Shown here piece by piece: positions 29,122 to 38,798 of a stretch of DNA of 64,000 nucleotides. Position numbers and translations under genes: made by a program. Origin of the DNA: Candidatus Marinacidobacterales bacterium (lineage in GTDB: Bacteria > Acidobacteriota > Vicinamibacteria > Marinacidobacterales > SMYC01); assembly GCA_965237955.1 (NCBI GenBank), contig OZ250169.1, forward strand, positions 7,424,001 to 7,488,000, given 5' to 3'. The notes under the pieces are model-generated. The model had not been told where the DNA came from. It saw nothing but the letters and a program-made list of their open reading frames with translations, and did no database searches. Every line of letters starts with the position of its first letter. Positions within the stretch are counted from its first letter, which is position 1.

Positions 29122-29304
29122 TTACGCTGATTTGAGTACGCTTCGTTTGAGGTCGCCGGTGTGATAGGGAAGCGTAACCTTGAACTCCGGATTGTCGGGA
29201 TGCCGGAGGGCGTAGTGGCTTCCCGTAGTGTGGTGAATTAAAAAGCCTGCTCTCTGGAGCGCCTTGAGTATTTCTTTCGGCTTGAGAACAGGCAGGCGGG
29301 TCAT
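29122..29304 (-). CDS. hicA: HicA-family toxin (C-terminus probably clipped by the IS remnant)
   Basis: LP.LKPKEILKALQRAGF.....GSH..L.HP. Confidence 0.8.
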   Translation of the reverse strand: MTRLPVLKPKEILKALQRAGFLIHHTTGSHYALRHPDNPEFKVTLPYHTGDLKRSVLKSA

Positions 29305-29555
29305 GTGGGTTGGAGCGCAACCCGTATTTGTTCCTTGACCGGCTCGAGCGTGAGTGGTTTGTCGGTTGGTATGGCTTCTCCGTCCTTCTGGAGCGCCTCG
29401 AGGTAGCACCGGAGCGCATCTTGCGCCATCTCTCGTGCTTCTTCGAGCGTCTCTCCCTGGGTAGCCAAGTCCGGGATGGCCGGGAACGTGACCACGTAGC
29501 CGCCTTCCTCGGCCGGCTCGAAGAGTGCCGTAAACAAGTGTTCTTCTTGCTTCAT
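29301..29555 (-). CDS. hicB: HicB-family antitoxin
   Basis: FEPAEEGGYVVTFPAIP..ATQGETLEEAREMAQDAL. Confidence 0.88.
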   Translation of the reverse strand: MKQEEHLFTALFEPAEEGGYVVTFPAIPDLATQGETLEEAREMAQDALRCYLEALQKDGEAIPTDKPLTLEPVKEQIRVALQPT

Positions 29556-29791
29556 ACCTTGAATGGTAGCAGAGCGAAGGGTACTGTCAAAGTTGAGGTC
29601 TCGAGCTCGGATCGGGCCGCTAGATAATGGGGCTCGAGCGCACCGTGTTGCCAACATCTTGGGGTCGGATCGGCCCCGAATGCCTCAACTCGAAAGTACC
29701 CCAAAGCCATTAGTACTAATGAATGATAAGCGACAACGGCGACGACACCAGGACGGGCTTTGTCGTCGCCGCCGGCTTCGCTCATCCGCTC

Positions 29792-29957
29792 CTAGTCCCC
29801 TGGAACAGAGGTTCGTAGCCTAAAGCTCGACGCCATTTTGTGGGCTGGCGAGGCGTGACGACGAAGTCATATTGGAATATTTCGAGGAGGAACAACGAAG
29901 CCAGCGCGCAAAAAGGGCCCGAGATTTAGGCTACGAACCTCTGTTCCAGGGGACTAG
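29792..29957. mobile_element. IS630-type MITE
   Basis: ~38-bp terminal IRs CTAGTCCCCTGGAACAGAGGTTCGTAGCCTAAA, CTAG at both ends, no ORF; termini match the IS630 at 36132-37320. Confidence 0.85.
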
Positions 29958-30030
29958 GGTGTCATGAGCGAGGCGAGCGGATCCCCCAGAAGCTCGCGTT
30001 GGTAGCAGGCTGGTGTTCTCGAGCAGCCTG

Positions 30031-31491
30031 CTACGCGAGGATGCCGCGGATCGGGTGCCCGTCGACGTCAGCCAGGCGGAAGTCGCGCCCGCCGAACCGG
30101 TAGGTCAAGCCTCGATAGTCGAGGCCAAGCAGGGTGAGCACGGTGGCGTGCAGGTCCCGCACGGTGTGGGCGTTCTCGACGGCCCGGTAGCCATACTCGT
30201 CGGTCTGGCCGTAGATAAACCCTTTCTTGAGGCCACCGCCGGCCAGCCAGAGGCTGAAGCCATACGGGTTGTGATCGCGCCCGTTGGTGCCCTGCACGAA
30301 CGGAGTCCGTCCGAACTCGCCCGAGAAGATGACGAGGGTCTCGTCGAGCAACCCGCGCGACTTGAGATCCTTGACCAACCCGGCCACCGGCTGGTCGACG
30401 GCCATCGCGTTCGCGGTGTGCCCCTCCTCGAGCTTGCTGTGCTGGTCCCAAGGGTTGCCGCTCTGGCCCTCGCCTTCGATGCCGACCATGGTCATCTCGA
30501 CGAACCGGACCCCCCGCTCGACGAGCCGCCGCGCCAACAGACACTGGCGCCCATAGACGGCCGTGGAGGCGTTCGGCGAATCGAGCCCATAGAGCTTCTT
30601 GGTCGCCTCGGTCTCGCCGGCCAGATCGACCAGCTCGGGCACCGCCGTCTGCATGCGGTAGGCGATCTCATAGTTGTCGATCGCCGCCTCGACATGCCGG
30701 TCCCCGCCGATCCGCTCGAGAAACCCGCTGTCTAGATCGCCGATGACACGCAGCCGGTCGCGCTGCTGCCGGTCTGTCTCGCTTGGTCGGACGTTGTTGA
30801 GCGGCTCGGCTCTCTCCGGGTAGATCATCGAACCTTGATGAATGGCCGGGAGGAACCCGTTGCCGAACAAGTTGACCCCACCGATTGGGACACCGCCGCT
30901 GCCCAGCACCACGAATCCCGGGAGATTCTGGTTCTCGGTGCCGAGCCCGTAGGTGATCCAGGAGCCCATGCTGGGGAACCCGATGAACGGCATGCCGCAA
31001 TGGAAGTAGAAATTCGCCTGGGCGTGCTCCATGAACGGGGCGGTCATCGAGCGGATGACGGTCAACTCGTCGGCGACGCTCCCGGTGTGCGGGAACAACG
31101 CGCTCACCGGGATGCCGCTCTGCCCGTAACGGGTGAACTCCCAGGGACTCGGCATGATGTTGCCGTCGTCGTTGAACATCGTCCGTTCGGTCTGGAACGG
31201 CATCGGCTCCCCGGCCTCAGCCGCGAGCCGCGGTTTGGGATCGAAGGAGTCGACGTGCGAGAACGCCCCCGACATGTAACAGAAGATGACGTTCTTCACC
31301 CTGGGCGCTAAGGGCGGCGTCTTCGCCGCCAGCGGCCCGTCGGTGACCGCCTGGCCAAGTCCGGCGTAGGACGAGTCGGCCATGAGCGCCGACAGGGCGA
31401 GCATGCCGAACCCGGTCGAGGTCTGCCGCAACATCTCGCGGCGGGTCAGGAAGGGGCGCGGTGCAGGATGATGACGTGGGTCGTAGCACAT
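30031..31491 (-). CDS. DUF1501 family Tat-exported sulfatase-like protein, copy 1
   Basis: TRREML Tat motif; SHVDSFDPKP, CLLARRLVERGVRFV, WDQH, EFGRTP, GRDHNP. Confidence 0.92.
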   Translation of the reverse strand: MCYDPRHHPAPRPFLTRREMLRQTSTGFGMLALSALMADSSYAGLGQAVTDGPLAAKTPPLAPRVKNVIFCYMSGAFSHVDSFDPKPRLAAEAGEPMPFQTERTMFNDDGNIMPSPWEFTRYGQSGIPVSALFPHTGSVADELTVIRSMTAPFMEHAQANFYFHCGMPFIGFPSMGSWITYGLGTENQNLPGFVVLGSGGVPIGGVNLFGNGFLPAIHQGSMIYPERAEPLNNVRPSETDRQQRDRLRVIGDLDSGFLERIGGDRHVEAAIDNYEIAYRMQTAVPELVDLAGETEATKKLYGLDSPNASTAVYGRQCLLARRLVERGVRFVEMTMVGIEGEGQSGNPWDQHSKLEEGHTANAMAVDQPVAGLVKDLKSRGLLDETLVIFSGEFGRTPFVQGTNGRDHNPYGFSLWLAGGGLKKGFIYGQTDEYGYRAVENAHTVRDLHATVLTLLGLDYRGLTYRFGGRDFRLADVDGHPIRGILA

Positions 31492-31507
31492 CGGAAGCCT
31501 CGGCCTT

Positions 31508-34500
31508 CTACTGGATGAAGACGTACTCCTTCAAATTGAACATACTGTGGGCGACGTCCTGCCACACGTCGGAGTCGTAGAGCAGGAGGTCCTCGGTGGT
31601 GCCGCGCTGCGACGCCACGGCGGTGAGATAGTCCGTCATCCGATCTCGCTCCGCGGCGGTCGGTTGCCGAGCCAGCGCCTTGAGAAACATGTGGTCGAGA
31701 CGTCCGCCGACCGTGCCCGCCTCGCCCTCGGCGAGACGGCGACCCCATTCGGCCGCCTGGCCGATAACGAACGGGCTGTTCAGCAGGGTGAGTGACTGCG
31801 CCGGGACGTTGGTCGCATCGCGCTGGCCACGGGTCGTTGCCGGCTTCGGCAGGTTGAACGCCTCCAGGAACGGGTTGTGGACGTTTCGACGGATCTCCTG
31901 GTAGATGCTACGTCGCCCCTCGCCGTCGACCGGGCCGTTGTCCCTGTTTCTTAGGACCGGCACCGACGGGCCATACATCGTCGGGTCGAGACGACCTGAC
32001 ACCGACAGCATCGAGTCGCGGATCGCCTCGGCGTCGAGACGCCTGAGGTTGGCATGCTGCAGCAACCGATTGGATGGGTCGGTCTCGAGAGCCGCCGGCG
32101 ACGCCTGGCTACTCATCTGATAGGTTCGGGTCAGCACTAGTCGGCGGACCAGTTGCTTCACCGAATACCCATCGTCGACGAAGGCGCCGGCGAGATAGTC
32201 GAGCAGCGCCGCATGGGATGGCGCATCGCCAAGCCGACCGAAATTGTCGACGGTACCGACCAGTCCATAGCCGAACAGGTAGCGCCAGAGCCGATTGACC
32301 GCCACCCGCCCGGTGAGCGGGTTGTCCGGAGCGGTGATCGCATCAGCCAGACGCAACCGCACCAGGCCGGGTTCCGGAGGATACGGTTGGTCGTCGAGCG
32401 CGGTCAGAAAGCTCCGAGCGACCACCTCCCCGCGGGTCTGGTGGTTGCCGCGGATCAAGAGCGGCTGGTCGGGCGCCGCCTCTTCGACGACACCCGGCGC
32501 CCGACGTGCCACCGGGACATCTCGCTCGAGCGACCGATATCGGGCGACCAGTGCCCGCAACGCGACGAGATGTTCGAGTGAGCGGGGCAGCAGGTCTGCC
32601 CGGACGAACTCGTCGAGAAACACGGCCTGAAGCTCGGTCAGCCGGCCGTCACGCCACGCCGACACCGCCTCGCGCAGCCGCCGGCCGACAAGCGACGCTA
32701 GCGCCTGGCGCGAGGATGGGGCCTCGCCGTCGGTTCCCTGAAGCAAGTGGAGAACCGGCACGACGGTGTCACGAGGCGTCTCCTTGACGTCGTGGAACAG
32801 AACCTGGCTGACTCCAATCGACGAGCGCCCATCGCCACGACGCGTAGGCCGGTTCTTGGCCCGGAAGTCTTCGCGGTCGAAGCCAAACCGTGTGACGTCG
32901 TCCTGAGTCGCGAACTCGATGTAGGCCGTGAACCCCTTCCAGAAGCTGGTGTCCCACTGCACCCAGACCATCTCGTCCCGCTTGGGGCTGTAGCGAAGGT
33001 TATAGATGCCGCCGCGCGGCACGGCGTAGTTCTCGATGACGAGCAAGGCGAAGCTGAGATCCCCACCAAGCACCCGGAGGCTGATGAAGTCGTTCTCGAC
33101 GGTGAAGCGTGGCGTCTGGATGACCCCGGCATGTTTCGAAGACAGAAGGTGGGTATAGGCCCCCCCCGGATAGATCCCGTTCAGCAGCCGACCGCCGCGC
33201 CGCTCGATGGCAAACTCTCCCGGGGGCGAGGGGGCGTCCGGCCGGCCCGTACCATGACCGACGGTAGAGGCATAATCGGCCCCGCTGAAGTCCCACGCTG
33301 TCTCGAAGTGCTCGCGATTGAATCGCTCGCGGACGTCGATCTCCGACTCCCACCTGTCGCCGAGCTCGCGCCACGCGCGCGCCAGGGCACCGTCCTCGAC
33401 TTCGGCGAGCTCGCGCCAGGCGCCCAGCGCGCTGCCATCGCGCGGCTCAGGAGTCGCCTCGCGTGCGGACGCCGACTCGGCCTCACCGGCAGCCGCGTCC
33501 GCCGACTCGAGCTGCTCGAGTAGCCGCGTCGGAACCGTGTCGGCCGCCTCGAGCCAGGCTTCGGCCAGCCCGTCTCGAATGTCGACCTTGAGCGCGGCCA
33601 AGGCATCTTTGTTGGTGTCGAGCAGGGTCTCATCGTCGATGGCCCGCTGCGTCGGTCTCGCCCCGTAGAGCGTCCCGAACAACGAGTAGTAGTCCTTCTG
33701 GCTGATCGCGTCGAACTTATGGTCGTGGCACCGCGCACACGAAACGCTGAGCCCGAGAAAAGCCTTCGACACCACGTCGACCTGGTTGTCCGCCCACTTG
33801 ACCCGGTCTTCCCACGGGTCGACCGGCTGATATCCATGTTCGATGAGCCGGAAGTGGGCCGTTGCGATGATCGACTCGTTGAGCTGATTCTCGGGGTCGA
33901 GACGTGGCGTCGGCAGCAGGTCACCGGCCAGGTGCTCGCGAATCAGCTGGTCGTAAGGCACGTCGCCGTTGAACGCGCGAATCAGGTAGTCGCGATACCG
34001 CCAGGCCAGCGGGATGTCCGGGTCTCCCTCGCTGCCGTGTGACTCGCTGTAACGGAACAGGTCCATCCAGTAACGTGCCCAGCGCTCGCCGAAGTGCGAC
34101 GAGTCGAGATACCGGTCCACCAAGTCGGTGTAGGCGGTCGGCGACGTGGCGGAGGCGAACCGCGCAATCTCGGCGGGGGTCGGCGGCAACCCACGCAGGT
34201 CGAACGACAGCCGACGGATGAGCGTGTGCCGATCGGCGGGGTACGCTGGCTCGAGCCCGGCCGCTTCGAGCGAGGCGAGGATGAACCGATCGACCGCGTC
34301 CCGAGGCCAGGTGTCGTCGCGCACCGCCGGTGGATCGACCTGCCGGACCGGCTGCCACGCCCAGTGCGTGCGCCGACGCTTTGCGAGATCGAACGGCTCG
34401 GACGGATCGGGCGGGTCGGTCGCCGCCGCCACCGAGCCCTCCGGCCACGGGGCCCCCATCTCGACCCACTCGATCAGGCTCGCGATCGCCGTCGCTTCGA

Positions 34501-34843
34501 GCGCCCCGGTCGGTGGCATCAGCACGGGTCGTCCCTGCACGCGCTGCACGAGTGGACTGCTGAGCGGATCGCCCGGGACGATGACCGGCCCGGAATCGCC
34601 GCCGGCCCGTAGCGCCTCTCGGCTGTCGAGACGCAGACCTCCGAACGGCGTCTCGACCTGGGCGCTGTGACACTCGAAGCAGTTGTCGGCGAGCAGCGGA
34701 CGGATCTTGGTCTCAAAGAACTCGATCTGCTCGGCGCTCGGCGCACCCGCCGGGCGGGACCCCGATTGGGCTCCGACGACAGCGATGGAGGTCAGAGCAA
34801 GAAACGTGAGCGTCGCACCAGTCCAGACCATCGAGTGCTTCAT
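31508..34843 (-). CDS. PSD1/planctomycete cytochrome c (DUF1549+DUF1553) protein, copy 1
   Basis: FFETKIRPLLADNCFECH, FGERWAR.WMD, CARCHDHKFD, NPLTGRVAVNRLW, RRLDAEAIRD. Confidence 0.92.
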   Translation of the reverse strand: MKHSMVWTGATLTFLALTSIAVVGAQSGSRPAGAPSAEQIEFFETKIRPLLADNCFECHSAQVETPFGGLRLDSREALRAGGDSGPVIVPGDPLSSPLVQRVQGRPVLMPPTGALEATAIASLIEWVEMGAPWPEGSVAAATDPPDPSEPFDLAKRRRTHWAWQPVRQVDPPAVRDDTWPRDAVDRFILASLEAAGLEPAYPADRHTLIRRLSFDLRGLPPTPAEIARFASATSPTAYTDLVDRYLDSSHFGERWARYWMDLFRYSESHGSEGDPDIPLAWRYRDYLIRAFNGDVPYDQLIREHLAGDLLPTPRLDPENQLNESIIATAHFRLIEHGYQPVDPWEDRVKWADNQVDVVSKAFLGLSVSCARCHDHKFDAISQKDYYSLFGTLYGARPTQRAIDDETLLDTNKDALAALKVDIRDGLAEAWLEAADTVPTRLLEQLESADAAAGEAESASAREATPEPRDGSALGAWRELAEVEDGALARAWRELGDRWESEIDVRERFNREHFETAWDFSGADYASTVGHGTGRPDAPSPPGEFAIERRGGRLLNGIYPGGAYTHLLSSKHAGVIQTPRFTVENDFISLRVLGGDLSFALLVIENYAVPRGGIYNLRYSPKRDEMVWVQWDTSFWKGFTAYIEFATQDDVTRFGFDREDFRAKNRPTRRGDGRSSIGVSQVLFHDVKETPRDTVVPVLHLLQGTDGEAPSSRQALASLVGRRLREAVSAWRDGRLTELQAVFLDEFVRADLLPRSLEHLVALRALVARYRSLERDVPVARRAPGVVEEAAPDQPLLIRGNHQTRGEVVARSFLTALDDQPYPPEPGLVRLRLADAITAPDNPLTGRVAVNRLWRYLFGYGLVGTVDNFGRLGDAPSHAALLDYLAGAFVDDGYSVKQLVRRLVLTRTYQMSSQASPAALETDPSNRLLQHANLRRLDAEAIRDSMLSVSGRLDPTMYGPSVPVLRNRDNGPVDGEGRRSIYQEIRRNVHNPFLEAFNLPKPATTRGQRDATNVPAQSLTLLNSPFVIGQAAEWGRRLAEGEAGTVGGRLDHMFLKALARQPTAAERDRMTDYLTAVASQRGTTEDLLLYDSDVWQDVAHSMFNLKEYVFIQ

Positions 34844-35137
34844 AAGAAATAGGACTGTAATCTATCGTCCGCCCGTCCGCGACGCAAGTGGAGACGGAGG
34901 CTGACGAGGACTGTCTACGCAGGCCGACGCCCGGCCGGGGAACGGAGCTGCATGCTCATGTGCTCTTCGAACATTCCTTGCTGACTAGCTGTCGGTGGGC
35001 TAAGAAGCTTGAGTTCTTCGAACGAAGTGACGAGAGAGAGAGAGAGAGAGAGCTTTCGACGTTCATAGGCCAGCTTATCATTTTCGAACTGGAGCGTGGG
35101 CGGCCGCGACAGGCTATCATCATGATCGCCAGAGGGC

Positions 35138-36106
35138 ATGATGCACGAACCTCATGAACCGATCCCGCTGAAGGATATCGAGGAGGCGCGCGAGCGCATC
35201 CGGGGATTCGCCATTCGGACCCCGCTCGTCCGCCTTAATGCTGATGCGCCGGGCTACGTTTATCTCAAGCTCGAGAATCTTCAGCCCATATCGGCTTTCA
35301 AGATTCGCGGCGCCAGTAACGCCATGGCCCTCACCGAAAAGGCAAAGCTCGCGAACGGCGTTTACACCTCGAGCGCGGGGAACATGGCCCAGGGGGTCGC
35401 ATGGAACGCGCGCCGATTGGGCATTCCCGCGACCATCGTCGTTCCCGAGCACGCACCGGAATCCAAGCTCGCCGCTATCGAGCGACTAGGCGCCGACTAC
35501 ATCAAGGTTCCCTACGAGGAGTGGTGGCAGGTGATGTCCACGCACCATTACGCCCCACTCGCCGACCGGCTCTTCATCCACCCTTCGAGCAGCCCCGCGG
35601 TCATGGCGGGCAACGGGACCATCGGCCTCGAGATCCTGGAGGACTTGCCGGACGTGGACGCCATCCTCATCCCCTACGGAAGTGGAGGACTGAGCTCGGG
35701 GATCGGATGTGCCATCCGAGCCCTCAAACCCGCCACGAAGATTCTCGCCTGCGAAGTGGAGACCGCTGCCCCAGTGGCTCCGTCGCTTGCGGCGGGCTCG
35801 ATTCAGGAGGTTCGCTACACGCCGAGCTTCGCAGACGGGCTCGGTGCAAAAACCATTCTGCCCGAGATGTGGCCTCTGGTAAGGAGCCTACTCGATGGCG
35901 CCCTCGTCGTGAGCCTGCGGGAAACGGCGGACGCCATCCGCCTCCTGGTGGAGCGCAATCGCGTCGTCGCCGAAGGAGCCGGCGCGGCGCCGGTGGCGGC
36001 GGCTCTTTCGGGCAAAGCCGGAAGGGGAAAGCTCGTGTGCGTTGTCTCAGGAGGAAACATCGACTCGGAGAAGCTGGCAACGATTCTCCGAGGTGAGATT
36101 CCGTGA
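35138..36106 (+). CDS. PLP-dependent threonine/serine dehydratase family protein
   Basis: YLKLENLQP..AFKIRGA, SAGN, G.GGL, EGAGA, SGGNID. Confidence 0.9.
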   Translation: MMHEPHEPIPLKDIEEARERIRGFAIRTPLVRLNADAPGYVYLKLENLQPISAFKIRGASNAMALTEKAKLANGVYTSSAGNMAQGVAWNARRLGIPATIVVPEHAPESKLAAIERLGADYIKVPYEEWWQVMSTHHYAPLADRLFIHPSSSPAVMAGNGTIGLEILEDLPDVDAILIPYGSGGLSSGIGCAIRALKPATKILACEVETAAPVAPSLAAGSIQEVRYTPSFADGLGAKTILPEMWPLVRSLLDGALVVSLRETADAIRLLVERNRVVAEGAGAAPVAAALSGKAGRGKLVCVVSGGNIDSEKLATILRGEIP

Positions 36107-36131
36107 AGCCACTCAGACGGAGCGAAGACTG

Positions 36132-37320
36132 CTAGTCCCCCGGATCTTTAATTACTGTCCAAATTCGATTTGCCATGTGTATCGAGCGTTCGCTGGGCGA
36201 ACCGAGCGATGGTTTCGAGGATTTGGTCGGCGGATTTCGTCCACTTGAACGGCTTTGGGTTCTCGTTGTGAGCATCGAGATAGTCTTGTATCGCAACGCG
36301 GAGCTGAGGCACGCTCGTGTGCGAGCCTCGTCGCAAGGCGTGTTCGGTGAGCAAGCCAAAGAAGCGCTCAGCGAAGTTGAGCCAAGAGGCGTGTGTCGGT
36401 GTGAAGTGAAAGTGGAACCGAGGTCGCTTGGAAAGCCAGCGTTTGATCGCCGGTGTCTTGTGCGTGGCGAGATTGTCGAGCACGACGTGGATGTCCAACT
36501 CGCTGGGAACGGCTGCTTCGATCTCAGCGAGGAACTTCTTGAACTCTAGCGCTCGATGTCGCGCGTAGCACTTTCCGAAGACTTCACCTGTTGCGGCGTC
36601 GAGTGCGGCAAACAGGTCAGTCGTTCCATGCCGAATGTAGTCGTGGGTTTGTCGCTCGGGCTGGCCCAAGCTCATGGGCAGGACAGGTTGAGCACGCTCG
36701 AGCGCTTGAATCTGCGATTTCTCGTCGACGCACAGGACGACCGCGTTATCCGGTGGGTTCATATACAGGCCAACAACGTCGCGTACTTTTTCGACCAGTT
36801 GTGGGTCTTGCGAGAGACGAAACGATTCCGAGCGGTGCGGTTGAAGCCCGAACGTTCGCCAAATACGTCCAATCGTCGAATGACTCAGCCCAAGATGCTT
36901 GGCCATCGAGCGCGTACTCCAATGGGTTCTCCCCTTTGGAGTCGTCTCCAGCGTCTTGGTCACGACTTCCTCGATCTGGTCATCGCCGATTTTGCGAGCC
37001 GCTCCCGGCCGAGGTTCGTCGTACAACCCTTCCATTCGTTGTTCTACAAAGCGTCTTCGCCACTTGCCCACCGTGCTCCTCATGGTGTGCATCTTCCTAG
37101 CAACTTCCATATTCGTCAGACCCGCCGCGCAATCCAGCACGATCTTCGCTCGGAAGGCTTGGTGCGGCGAACTACGGCTGCGTCGCGCCAGTCGCGTCAG
37201 CGCTTCGCTTTCTTGAGACGACAGCTTCAATTCGGCTTTTCGCCGGCCCTTGTGTTTCATGCATTTAGCAGATCACAGAAGGGCCGGTGTTGTCTAGCTT
37301 TTTCTGTTCCATGGGACTAG
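36132..37320 (-). mobile_element. IS630-family element
   Basis: CTAGTCCC...GGGACTAG termini around the transposase. Confidence 0.9.
36148..37260 (-). CDS. IS630-family transposase
   Basis: [46 protein letters not shown]. Confidence 0.95.
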   Translation of the reverse strand: MKHKGRRKAELKLSSQESEALTRLARRSRSSPHQAFRAKIVLDCAAGLTNMEVARKMHTMRSTVGKWRRRFVEQRMEGLYDEPRPGAARKIGDDQIEEVVTKTLETTPKGRTHWSTRSMAKHLGLSHSTIGRIWRTFGLQPHRSESFRLSQDPQLVEKVRDVVGLYMNPPDNAVVLCVDEKSQIQALERAQPVLPMSLGQPERQTHDYIRHGTTDLFAALDAATGEVFGKCYARHRALEFKKFLAEIEAAVPSELDIHVVLDNLATHKTPAIKRWLSKRPRFHFHFTPTHASWLNFAERFFGLLTEHALRRGSHTSVPQLRVAIQDYLDAHNENPKPFKWTKSADQILETIARFAQRTLDTHGKSNLDSN

Positions 37321-37345
37321 CAGGTTGGTGTTCTCGAGGAGCCTC

Positions 37346-38782
37346 CTACGCGAGGATGCCGCGGATCGGGTGCCCGTCGACGTCAGCCAGGCGGAAGTCG
37401 CGCCCGCCGAACCGGTAGGTCAAGCCTCGATAGTCGAGGCCAAGCAAGGTGAGCACGGTGGCATGCAGGTCCCGCACGGTGTGGGCGTTCTCGACGGCCC
37501 GGTAGCCATACTCGTCGGTCTGGCCGTAGATGAACCCTTTCTTGAGTCCACCGCCGGCTAACCAGAGGCTAAAGCCATGGGGGTTGTGATCGCGCCCGTC
37601 GTTGGGGACCTGCGCAAACGGAGTCCGGCCGAACTCGCTCGAGAAGATAACGAGCGTCTCGTCGAGCAACCCGCGCGACTTGAGATCCTTGACCAACCCG
37701 GCCAACGGCTGGTCGACGGTCATCGCTTTCGCGGAGTGCCCCTCCTCGATCCTGCTGTGGTGGTCCCAGGTGCCGACCATCGTCAGCTCAACGAACCGGA
37801 CCCCCCGCTCGACGAGCCGCCGCGCCAACAGACACTGGCGCCCATAGACGGCCGTGGAGTTGTTCGGCGAATCGAGCCCATAGAGCTTCTTGGTCGCCTC
37901 GGTCTCGCCGGCCAGATCGACCAGCTCGGGCACCGCCGTCTGCATGCGGTAGGCGATCTCATAGTTGTCGATCGCCGCCTCGACCTGCCGATCCCCACCG
38001 ATCCGCTCGAGAAACCCGGTGTTTAGATCGCCGATAACACGTAGCCGGTCGCGCTGCTTCCGGTCTGTCTCGCTTGGTCGGACGTTGTTGAGCGGCTCGG
38101 CTCTCTCCGGGTAGATGATCGAACCTTGATGAATCACCGGGAGGAACCCGTTGCCGAACATGTTGACCCCGCCGACCGGGATACGGCCGCTGGCCAGCAC
38201 CACGAATCCCGGGAGATTCTGGTTCTCGGTGCCGAGCCCGTAGGTGATCCAGGAGCCCATGCTGGGGAACCCGGTAAACGGCATGCCGCAATGGAAGTAG
38301 AAATTCGCCTGGGAGTGCTCCGTGAACGGGGAGGTCATCGAGCGGATGACGGTTAACTCGTCGGCGACGCTCCCGATGTGCGGGAACAACGCGCTCACCG
38401 GGATGCCGCTCTGCCCGTAACGGGTGAACTCCCAGGGACTCGGCATGATGTTGCCGTCGTTGTTGAACATCGTCCGTTCGGTCTGGAACGGCATCGGCTC
38501 CCCGGCCTCAGCCGCGAGCCGCGGTTTGGGATCGAAGGAGTCGACTTGCGAGAGCGCCCCCGCCATGTAACAAAAGATGACGTTCTTCACCCTGGGCGCG
38601 AAGGGCGGCGTCTTCGCCGCCAGCGGCCCGTCGGTGACCGCCTGGCCCAGTCCGGCGTAGGACGAGTCGGCCATGAGCGCCGACAGGGCGAGCATGCCGA
38701 ACCCGGTCGAGGTCTGCCGCAACATCTCGCGGCGGGTCAGGAAGGGGCGCGGTGCAGGATGATGACGTGGGTCGTAACACAT
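37346..38782 (-). CDS. DUF1501 family protein, copy 2
   Basis: Near-identical paralog of 30031-31491. Confidence 0.92.
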   Translation of the reverse strand: MCYDPRHHPAPRPFLTRREMLRQTSTGFGMLALSALMADSSYAGLGQAVTDGPLAAKTPPFAPRVKNVIFCYMAGALSQVDSFDPKPRLAAEAGEPMPFQTERTMFNNDGNIMPSPWEFTRYGQSGIPVSALFPHIGSVADELTVIRSMTSPFTEHSQANFYFHCGMPFTGFPSMGSWITYGLGTENQNLPGFVVLASGRIPVGGVNMFGNGFLPVIHQGSIIYPERAEPLNNVRPSETDRKQRDRLRVIGDLNTGFLERIGGDRQVEAAIDNYEIAYRMQTAVPELVDLAGETEATKKLYGLDSPNNSTAVYGRQCLLARRLVERGVRFVELTMVGTWDHHSRIEEGHSAKAMTVDQPLAGLVKDLKSRGLLDETLVIFSSEFGRTPFAQVPNDGRDHNPHGFSLWLAGGGLKKGFIYGQTDEYGYRAVENAHTVRDLHATVLTLLGLDYRGLTYRFGGRDFRLADVDGHPIRGILA

Positions 38783-38798
38783 CGGAGGCCTCGATCTT

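Noticed and set aside
35032-35052. (GA)n microsatellite as a phase-variation switch for the dehydratase
   Set aside because: Intergenic, ~85 bp upstream, with no identifiable promoter elements spanning it; no support beyond its presence
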